NCBI GenBank assembly: GCA_965261395.1
Contig: OZ253462.1
Span: 3,808,001-3,872,000 of the forward strand
Reading direction: 5' to 3'
DNA: 64,000 nucleotides
Source of the DNA: Candidatus Latescibacterota bacterium
Lineage (GTDB): Bacteria > Latescibacterota > UBA2968 > UBA8231
Part shown: piece after piece, positions 57,145-64,000 of the stretch
Numbering within the stretch: position 1 is the stretch's first letter
Layout: each line of letters opens with the position of its first letter
Notes under the pieces: model-generated
The model's database searches: none
Told to the model about the DNA's origin: nothing
What the model saw: the letters and a program-made list of their open reading frames with translations, nothing else
Program-made: the position numbers and the translations under genes

Positions 57145-57284
57145 CGTGAGGCGGAACAGGGGCGCGCGTCCCTTCGCAAGGCCGAAGAAGTAATACTCCC
57201 GATTGGGAGCAAGTCTGTCGTTTCTATATTTTAAATGGAATACCGCTCGGCAATTTCAACCCAATATCACCGGAAGGCTTTTTC

Positions 57285-57584
57285 ATGCCCGCAGTGCAAG
57301 ACATTCTAGTATTTTTTCAGACCACGCCCGCGCTCGACGCCCAAGTCGTTGCTTGGGCACGCTACGAAGCCTCCAAGAGCACGGGCCTAGGCGACTTGGT
57401 CGAGGAGAGCGATCCTCCCTACCAGAACGCCATGGCGGCCATGCGCGACGGCTGGCAAGTCATCCAGATGTCGGAACTCAAACATCGCTCGCCCCAAGGG
57501 GGCTATGAGCTGGGGCCGCTGCCCTACCAGATCGTGCTGTCGAAATTCAACGAGCTGCAAAAAGAGGAAGGAGCCATATCGTGA
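57285..57584 (+). CDS. Small hypothetical protein coupled to a PhyH dioxygenase
   Basis: 99 aa with PPYQNAMAAMRDGWQVIQ; GTGA overlap with the downstream gene. Confidence 0.75.
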   Translation: MPAVQDILVFFQTTPALDAQVVAWARYEASKSTGLGDLVEESDPPYQNAMAAMRDGWQVIQMSELKHRSPQGGYELGPLPYQIVLSKFNELQKEEGAIS

Positions 57585-58390
57585 AAGAGCATCTTTTGAA
57601 CTCGAAGCAGATGGCGCAATTCGTTGCCTCGGGGTATTTGAAGTTCGAAGAAATGGTGCCCCAAGATCTGTGCCGAGCCTGCCTTGAGGAAATGCACCAC
57701 AATCGGGGCTATCTCGCCGTGGGTACCCCCTTTGAGGAGACTTGGCCCAAAGGCACGGCTTTGGGCGATGCGTTCCGCCTGCCGCAGGTGCAGGGACTCA
57801 TCCACTCCTTGGTCGGCCCCGATCCCCTGTACGACCACCACGGCGTACACTTGACCAAGGCCGAACAAACCAAGGGGCCCAATATGCACCAAGACTCGGT
57901 CATCGACTTCCGCGACCATTACTTCGATATCCAGCTATCGCTGTTCCCCGCGGATACAACAGACGAAATGGGTGGTACTTTCTTGGTGCCGGGAACGCAA
58001 TTCCGCAATGTGCGCACCGGGGAGATCTCCATTTACCACCACATGCGCGGCAAGATCTGGGCGACCTGCCCGGCGGGGACCATGTACGTGTGGAACACCC
58101 GCGTCTGGCACGGGGCGCGCAGCAACTACACGGTTCGGGATCGCTTCATGTACAAGTTGCGGCTCAACCCGACGCAGCCGCAGGTCTGCAACTTTGGCAC
58201 CGCGGATCTGGACGACCCTGAGATCGGTCGCATCCTATCGACCAACCACGGCTGGGAGGGCAATGAGCATCGCTACGAACTGATGCAGCGCGTGCGCTTG
58301 TGGCGCTTTGTCTCCGACCAGCCAAACTACGATGTGGGCGAGCGCTTTATGCGGCGCATTGAGTACCAGCCCGGCGAGGCGGCAGGCTAG
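57581..58390 (+). CDS. Phytanoyl-CoA dioxygenase (PhyH) family 2OG-Fe(II) oxygenase
   Basis: QFVASGYL, MHQDS (HxD), GGTFLVPGTQ and VWHGARSN motifs. Confidence 0.85.
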   Translation: MKEHLLNSKQMAQFVASGYLKFEEMVPQDLCRACLEEMHHNRGYLAVGTPFEETWPKGTALGDAFRLPQVQGLIHSLVGPDPLYDHHGVHLTKAEQTKGPNMHQDSVIDFRDHYFDIQLSLFPADTTDEMGGTFLVPGTQFRNVRTGEISIYHHMRGKIWATCPAGTMYVWNTRVWHGARSNYTVRDRFMYKLRLNPTQPQVCNFGTADLDDPEIGRILSTNHGWEGNEHRYELMQRVRLWRFVSDQPNYDVGERFMRRIEYQPGEAAG

Positions 58391-58419
58391 ATGCCGAGGA
58401 TTCTTTTTTTTCCAAAGAC

Positions 58420-60159
58420 ATGGTTATAGAAAGTCCAGTGCTGCTGTCGTCCTATGCTCGCTGCGGGCAGGAGCGCTCCTTTGCGTTTGTCGATCCGGTG
58501 GGCGAGGTGGTGGCCGTAGCGGCGGGGGAGGTGCGCCCGGCCCTCAGCGCGGTGGAGCGGGCAGTGGAACAAGGGCTGCACGCCGCGGGATTTGTCTGCT
58601 ATGAGGCCGCTGCTGGTTTGGACCCGGCCTTTACCACCCGTCCCGCTGGTGCGCTGCCCTTGGTTTACTTTGGCCTCTTTGCGGAGCGGACGCGAGTGGA
58701 CGCGCCTAGCGCCGGTTTGGGCTCCTACGAGTTGGATGAGTGGCGGCCGTCGGTGTCGCGGGAGGAGTACGAGGCCGCCATCGAGCACATCCACGCCTAC
58801 ATTGCGGCCGGTGACACGTACCAAGTCAACTACACCTTGCGCTTGCACAGCCGCTTCCAGGGCGATCCGCAGGCGCTGTTTCGCGATATGGGGCAGGGGC
58901 AGGAGTCCGCGTTGTGCGCGTATTTCGACTTGGGCCGGCACGTGCTAATCTCGGCGTCGCCTGAGCTGTTCTTCCGCCTGCGCTCAGGGCGTTGCACGGT
59001 GCGGCCGATGAAGGGAACTCGGTCGCGGGGCCGCTTTGCGGCCGAGGATCAGCAGCGGGCCGATGAGTTGCAAAGTTCCGCTAAGGACCGAGCTGAGAAC
59101 CTGATGGTTACGGATATGTTGCGCAACGACTTAGGGCGCATCTCGCAAGTCGGCAGTGTGGCGGTCTCGGCCCTGTGGTCGGTCGAGCGCTATCCCACGG
59201 TGTGGCAGCTAACGTCCACCGTGGAAAGCCAACTCAAAGCCGGCGTGAGCTTGCCCGACCTCTTTGCCGCGCTTTTCCCCTGCGGCTCGGTGACCGGCGC
59301 GCCCAAGGTGCGGACCATGGCAATCATCGCCGAGTTGGAGCGCGCCCCGCGCGGCATTTACACCGGCTGCATAGGCTATATGTCGCCTGGGCCGGAGGCG
59401 TGCTTCAACGTGGCGATTCGCACGGCGCATCTCGACCGGGAGAAGGCCCAACTCGAATTTGGCGTGGGCGGTGGGATCGTCTGGGCATCGTCGGCTGCGG
59501 AAGAATACGCCGAATGCGTCGTCAAGGCCGAGGTCTTGCGCGCCCGACCGCATCCGTCGTTTGAACTGTTGGAGACGCTGTTGTACGAAGATGGGGATTA
59601 CTTCCTGTTAGAGAGACACTTAGAGCGATTGTCTCAGTCGGCAGCGTACTGGGGATTTTGCTATGCGGACGACCGCGTGCGGGCGCAGTTGCAAGACGCG
59701 GCCAACGCTATGGAGGGCCAGTGTAGGGTACGCTTGTTACTAGCCCGCAACGGCGAGATCCGCGTGCAGCACCAAGCGCTCACGCCGTCGAGGCGGTTGC
59801 GGGTGGCTCTGGCCGCCGAGCCGGTGGACAGCGCCGACTCCTTGCTGTACCACAAAACGACCCACCGGGCCACGTACAACCGGCAGTTGGCGGCGCGCCC
59901 GGATTGCGACGACGTGGTGCTGTACAACGAGCGCGGCGAGCTGACCGAGTGCTGCATCGGCAACTTGGTGCTGGAGCGCGACGGCGTCCGCTACACGCCC
60001 CCGGTCGAATCCGGGCTGTTGGCCGGCACCTTCCGCGCCGAGCTTGTGGCGCAGGGCCAACTTTGCGAACGCCCGTTGCCCATCGGCGAATTGGCGCGGG
60101 CCGACGCCCTTTATCTTATTAATTCAGTTCGGCGCTGGGTCGAGCTGGAACTGGCCTAA
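58420..60159 (+). CDS. pabB: Aminodeoxychorismate synthase component I fused to a class IV aminotransferase/ADC lyase (PabB-PabC)
   Basis: GDTYQVNYT, SPELFF, PMKGT, AENLMVTDMLRND and GSVTGAPK motifs; C-terminal LLETLL...HKTTHR...GLLAGTFR. Confidence 0.92.
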   Translation: MVIESPVLLSSYARCGQERSFAFVDPVGEVVAVAAGEVRPALSAVERAVEQGLHAAGFVCYEAAAGLDPAFTTRPAGALPLVYFGLFAERTRVDAPSAGLGSYELDEWRPSVSREEYEAAIEHIHAYIAAGDTYQVNYTLRLHSRFQGDPQALFRDMGQGQESALCAYFDLGRHVLISASPELFFRLRSGRCTVRPMKGTRSRGRFAAEDQQRADELQSSAKDRAENLMVTDMLRNDLGRISQVGSVAVSALWSVERYPTVWQLTSTVESQLKAGVSLPDLFAALFPCGSVTGAPKVRTMAIIAELERAPRGIYTGCIGYMSPGPEACFNVAIRTAHLDREKAQLEFGVGGGIVWASSAAEEYAECVVKAEVLRARPHPSFELLETLLYEDGDYFLLERHLERLSQSAAYWGFCYADDRVRAQLQDAANAMEGQCRVRLLLARNGEIRVQHQALTPSRRLRVALAAEPVDSADSLLYHKTTHRATYNRQLAARPDCDDVVLYNERGELTECCIGNLVLERDGVRYTPPVESGLLAGTFRAELVAQGQLCERPLPIGELARADALYLINSVRRWVELELA

Positions 60160-60184
60160 GAGGCCGTCTTATAGCCATCCTAAT

Positions 60185-60264
60185 TATCCGCAGATGGACA
60201 CAGATAGCCATTATAGATTATTCACGATTCCCCATCTGCGTTTATCTGCGTTCATCTGCGGATA
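60185..60264. repeat. Intergenic inverted-repeat element built from ~10-bp CAGAT/ATCTG subrepeats
   Basis: Left arm TATCCGCAGATGGACACAGAT and right arm ATCTGCGTTCATCTGCGGATA are 19/21 complementary, with an extra ATCTGCG copy. Confidence 0.8.
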
Positions 60265-60321
60265 CTCTGCCGCCGTGCGACAGCCGCCGGGGGCTTTAAG
60301 ATACTTCTAAAGGAGCATATC

Positions 60322-61491
60322 ATGTATCGCATTGGCCAAGCAGAAATCAAGCAGCTACAACGGCTATTCGACCGCGGCGCGATCTTCCGCTATGGAGCAG
60401 GTGGGGAGTGCGACCGCTTTGAAAGGAACTGGGCGCGCTACGTGGGCGTAGAGCACTGTCTGATGACTCGCTCGGGAACCTCGGCGCTGTACGCAGCACT
60501 AGTGGGGTTGGGCGTGGGACCGGGGGATCAGGTGATTGTACCGGCCTATACCTACATGGCGACCGCCTTGGCGGTGCTGGGAGCTGGGGCCATTCCGGTA
60601 ATTGCGGATGTAGATGCGTCTTTGACACTGTGTCCCAAGGATTTAAAGCGTCGAATTACCAAACATACCAAGGCTATTATTCCGGTCCACATGGTCGGCT
60701 TGCCCTGCGATATGAAGCGAATTACCAAGATCGCTCGCAAACGCGACTTGCTCGTTCTCGAAGACGCCTGTCAGGCGGTGGGCGGCGGGTATGAGGGCCG
60801 GATGTTGGGCAGTTGGGGCCACGCCGGCGCGTTTAGTTTCAACTTTTTCAAGAACATGACCTGCGGTGAGGGTGGGGCTTTTGTAACCAATGCCGAGGCG
60901 GTGCATCAGCGTGGCTCGGTGGCGGTGGACTGCTGCTCCTTTTACTGGAACCCCGAAGAAGAGCGCGAAGAGCTGCAATTTGCCGGTCCTAACTTCCGGG
61001 CTTCTGAAGTCGAGGGAGCCATACTCAACGTGCAATTGCGGCGGATCCGGGGGATGCTTAAGACCATGCGCGCCCACAAGCAGGAGTTGCTACAGGTTGG
61101 GCTGGAGGTGGGGTTGGAGTCGATAAAGAACAACAGCTTGGACTACGAGTGTGGCACGCACTTGGGCTTTTTGTTCGACGCCGAGGACGAGGCGCGCTCC
61201 TTTTGCAACCGATTGGCCGCCCAAGATGTGCGCTCCTTTTTGCCCATGGATACCGGCCGCCACGTCTATACGCGCTGGGAGCCTATTTTGCGCTACCAAG
61301 GCGCGCACCATTCGGCGCTCAATCCCTTTAAGCTGCCGGCCAACCGCAAGGCGCGGGTCAAATACAAGCTGGATACGTGTCAGGACTCGCTCGACGTTTT
61401 GGCGCGCGCCGTGCTAGTGCCCATGCACCCGAACAACACCAAGGTCAAGGTGCGGGAGATGGGCGAGGCGATTCGGGCCGCTGTGGGCTGA
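60322..61491 (+). CDS. DegT/DnrJ/EryC1/StrS aminotransferase
   Basis: SGTSAL, GVGPGDQVIVP, EDACQAVG and FSFNFFKNMTCGEGG motifs. Confidence 0.9.
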   Translation: MYRIGQAEIKQLQRLFDRGAIFRYGAGGECDRFERNWARYVGVEHCLMTRSGTSALYAALVGLGVGPGDQVIVPAYTYMATALAVLGAGAIPVIADVDASLTLCPKDLKRRITKHTKAIIPVHMVGLPCDMKRITKIARKRDLLVLEDACQAVGGGYEGRMLGSWGHAGAFSFNFFKNMTCGEGGAFVTNAEAVHQRGSVAVDCCSFYWNPEEEREELQFAGPNFRASEVEGAILNVQLRRIRGMLKTMRAHKQELLQVGLEVGLESIKNNSLDYECGTHLGFLFDAEDEARSFCNRLAAQDVRSFLPMDTGRHVYTRWEPILRYQGAHHSALNPFKLPANRKARVKYKLDTCQDSLDVLARAVLVPMHPNNTKVKVREMGEAIRAAVG

Positions 61492-61498
61492 GAGGAGA

Positions 61499-61534
61499 TT
61501 GACGTGCCTGCACACTCCGTCTATATTGCAGGCA
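61499..61534 (+). promoter_or_regulatory. TA promoter TTGACG-N17-TATATT with operator palindrome
   Basis: -35 at 61499 and -10 at 61522; inverted repeat TGCCTGCA (61505) ... TGCAGGCA (61527). Confidence 0.75.
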
Positions 61535-61791
61535 TGACAGAGAAATCGACTCAATACACCATCCGCAAAGTGCCTCCGCAGCTAGACAGTGAACTCAGGA
61601 GGAGGGCTCACCAAGAACACAAGAGCCTGAATGAAATGGCCCTGTGGGCACTCGAGCGCGGCTTGGGCTTGTCGGAACAGGCCGTGCGGCACCACGACCT
61701 AGACGACTTGGCGGGCACTTGGGTGGACGATCCGGCCTTCGATCAAGCCATCGAAGCCATGGACCAAGTAGATCCCGATCTGTGGCTGTGA
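61534..61791 (+). CDS. Ribbon-helix-helix antitoxin (FitA/VapB-like)
   Basis: QYTIRKVPPQLDSELRRRAHQEHKSLNE RHH; DLDDLAGTW; overlaps the PIN gene by GTGA. Confidence 0.85.
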   Translation: MTEKSTQYTIRKVPPQLDSELRRRAHQEHKSLNEMALWALERGLGLSEQAVRHHDLDDLAGTWVDDPAFDQAIEAMDQVDPDLWL

Positions 61792-62174
61792 AAATTGTCC
61801 TAGACACCAACCGCTACCGCGACTTTTGCCTCGGCGATCCGCTGGTCTTGGACCGCCTCCAGCTAGCCGAACAGATTTTCCTGCCCTTCGTCGCTCTGGC
61901 TGAATTGCGCGCTGGCTTCCAGTGCGGCACCAGGGCTGGCAAAAACGAACGCATCCTGTTGCGCTTTCTCAGCCGGCCTCGGACATCCGTTCTTTATGCC
62001 GGCGAGGCCACCACGCGGCACTATGCCCAGCTTTTTTATCAACTACGTCAGCAGGGCACACCCATTCCTACCAACGATATATGGATTGCCGCTTTGGTGA
62101 TTGAGCACGGTCTTCATCTTTTTTCTCGCGACCAGCACTTCGACCACCTTCCGCATCTGCCGCGTATCGATTAA
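61788..62174 (+). CDS. vapC: PIN-domain toxin
   Basis: IVLDTN, LAELRAG, PIPTNDIWIAA and SRDQHF motifs. Confidence 0.92.
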   Translation: MKIVLDTNRYRDFCLGDPLVLDRLQLAEQIFLPFVALAELRAGFQCGTRAGKNERILLRFLSRPRTSVLYAGEATTRHYAQLFYQLRQQGTPIPTNDIWIAALVIEHGLHLFSRDQHFDHLPHLPRID

Positions 62175-62199
62175 TGGGTCGCCCATCGGTAGCGTCAGA

Positions 62200-63147
62200 T
62201 CAGCGATAGACGGCCTGGATCATGGCGCGGATGAAGCCGGTGGCGTAGGCGTGGCCTTGGCGTCCGCCTTGGTCGTCGGGGATGGACGGGGTGTGATCCA
62301 TCATAAACGGCCCGTTAAAGCCCACCTCCTTGTAGGTCTGCATCGCCTGGTACATATCGACGTCGCCCTCGTCGACGAAGACCTCCCTGAAATCCTTTGG
62401 CGTGCCGCGCACGTTGCGGAAGTGGACGTAGGCGATTTTGCCTTGGCGGCCCATGCGGCGGATGGCCTCGAACACGTCAATACCCATTTCAGTGACGCAG
62501 CCTTGACAGAACAGCATGGCGTTTTGGGGGCTGGGATTGAGGGAGAAGATGCGCTCGTATTGGTCTAGGGTGGAGACGATTCGTGCTGCGCCGCCCATCG
62601 GCTCGGGCAGTGGGGGATCGTCCGGGTGGAGGGCCAAGGTAACGCCAGCCTCTTCGGCGACGGGGACGATGCGCTGATGGAAGTAGGATATATTGGCCCA
62701 CATCCCGTCCCCGTCGATGTGCTTTGCTGGATAGTCGTGGCCCTCTTTTTCGTATTCTGCGTAGGTGAAGGTGCTGTAGTGGGCGCCGCCGCGGCCGGTG
62801 TCCGAGGGGGTGCGGAAGTTGCCCACGGGTTTGAAATTGTAGCCGAGGGTAGGGACGCCGACGGTGCCCATGGCCCGGAGCCAGTTGCACCACTCCTCGA
62901 TTTTGGTGTCTCTATCTTGTTGTGCAAGAGTGATTTCATCCGGTCCGCTTAAGGCGGCGTTGTAAAAGCGGAGGCCGTTTTTTTCGGTGCGGGTGCGGAC
63001 CCCTTTCAGGAACTCGACCATCTCGGGATAGGTGTGCAGGTCGAGGGGGAGGGAGTTGACGGTCAGGTAATCGACGCCAATGGCTTTGTAGTAGCTCAGG
63101 TTGTCGTCGGTGACGCGGTCGTGGGGGAGTTGGTCTTGGATGTACAT
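62200..63147 (-). CDS. uxuA: Mannonate dehydratase (UxuA-like)
   Basis: GYNF, LALHPDDPP, FCQG, YVHFRNV, EGDVDM and MDHTP motifs. Confidence 0.85.
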   Translation of the reverse strand: MYIQDQLPHDRVTDDNLSYYKAIGVDYLTVNSLPLDLHTYPEMVEFLKGVRTRTEKNGLRFYNAALSGPDEITLAQQDRDTKIEEWCNWLRAMGTVGVPTLGYNFKPVGNFRTPSDTGRGGAHYSTFTYAEYEKEGHDYPAKHIDGDGMWANISYFHQRIVPVAEEAGVTLALHPDDPPLPEPMGGAARIVSTLDQYERIFSLNPSPQNAMLFCQGCVTEMGIDVFEAIRRMGRQGKIAYVHFRNVRGTPKDFREVFVDEGDVDMYQAMQTYKEVGFNGPFMMDHTPSIPDDQGGRQGHAYATGFIRAMIQAVYR

Positions 63148-63280
63148 GGTGTCTCCTTTGGGTTAGGTGGCTACTGCACCAGATTTTGCCTATATAACAC
63201 TTAGAAAAGAAAGGCATCGTCCTCGCGGCGCGCCAATCGACTCTGCGCCGGCCGTTCACACAAAATCCGGGTTACCATAC

Positions 63281-64000
63281 ATGCCGAAAAAACTGCCCCT
63301 CGCCGGGGTTCAGCAATCCGCCGAACAGATCGCCCAGTGGGTCGAGAGATTTCATCGCGATGGCTATCTGTGCGTTGAAAACGTCCTACCGCCAGACTGG
63401 TGTGCGCAACTGCGGGCCGACTTGGACCGGGCGCTGGCGGACAATCCGAATGGACTGAACAACTACAGCGAGTACACAAAGCTCGCGCATCGGCTATTTG
63501 AGACGAGCGCAGCGAACCTGCGCCTGTTCGATCTCGAGCCGATTGTGAGCTTCGCAGAGGCGCTGGTAGCGCCGAATTGCCACGTGATTCACAACAACTC
63601 GTTCCAGACGTTTCCGGGCGGAGGCCTCTCGACGTGGCATCAGGACGACGCTCCGCACTACGTCGTCACAGACGGTAAACCGCCGACGAATGTCCATCTG
63701 CCCGTGCTGTTTTTCACGGCGAATTACTATCTGACCGATGTGGATACACCGGCGCACGGCGGGACGGAAGTGATTCCGGGGACGCACATGCTCGGCAGAT
63801 CGCCGGGCGAAATCGAGGGCTCCGAGTGGGAAGAGAAAATCGTCCACAACAGCGCTCCGGCGGGAAGCGTCGTCATGTTCAACAATCAGGTGTGGCATCG
63901 CGGGGGGCCGAACCGCAGCGACCGCACGCGATACATCACTCAGGTGACGTATGCGCGCCGGATCGTCGGGCACAAGTACTACCCGTTTATGAACTACCAG
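63281..64000 (+). CDS. PhyH family dioxygenase, partial (runs off the window end)
   Basis: Own translation: MPKKLPL...FHRDGYL...WHQDD...GGTEVIPGTH...QVWHRGGPN...; absent from the ORF track because there is no stop in the window. Confidence 0.85.
   Translation, partial: MPKKLPLAGVQQSAEQIAQWVERFHRDGYLCVENVLPPDWCAQLRADLDRALADNPNGLNNYSEYTKLAHRLFETSAANLRLFDLEPIVSFAEALVAPNCHVIHNNSFQTFPGGGLSTWHQDDAPHYVVTDGKPPTNVHLPVLFFTANYYLTDVDTPAHGGTEVIPGTHMLGRSPGEIEGSEWEEKIVHNSAPAGSVVMFNNQVWHRGGPNRSDRTRYITQVTYARRIVGHKYYPFMNYQ

Noticed and set aside
56312-59426. pabB fragment and pabB as a DGR template/variable repeat pair
   Set aside because: The 9 mismatches (A/C, T/C x4, C/T, T/G, G/A x2) are not confined to adenines of either copy on either strand, and no reverse transcriptase is in the window

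Overview
A GC-rich bacterial chromosomal window, most consistent with a Ca. Latescibacterota/Gemmatimonadota-like organism, possibly host-associated. This is inferred from FlgD-Ig/T9SS-type sorting domains, internalin-like LRR and Sel1 proteins, and many PhyH/DegT/GHL10 paralogs. From left to right: (i) an accessory block (ECF sigma with a long C-terminal extension, orphan Liv-type binding lipoprotein, amidohydrolase, tandem ABC exporters one of which has an in-frame TAA, GHL10-like protein) ending at tRNA-Ala(TGC); (ii) thiolase, a short SSB with a sigma54-type promoter, and a divergent N6-adenine methyltransferase-TRD fusion broken by a perfect 11-bp tandem duplication; (iii) yyaL-cysK, a secreted metzincin/beta-propeller locus, and a MerR(CxxC-x8-CxxC)-iscA-iscS-moeZ operon followed by trmB; (iv) a reduced dcw cluster (mraZ rsmH ftsL ftsI murE murF ftsW murC ftsQ ftsA ftsZ) lacking mraY, murD, murG, murB and ddl, with an internally shortened FtsA; (v) purE, kptA, glnB, glnE, sugar-acid/amino-sugar catabolic genes, a Sel1 islet, a large LRR-metallopeptidase with about 17 66-bp repeats, a 128-bp pabB relic, a truncated DUF4097 gene, PhyH genes, pabBC, a leaderless VapBC-type TA pair and uxuA. 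No CRISPR array, integrase, transposase or rRNA was seen. All family assignments are by-eye motif recognition, not database searches.
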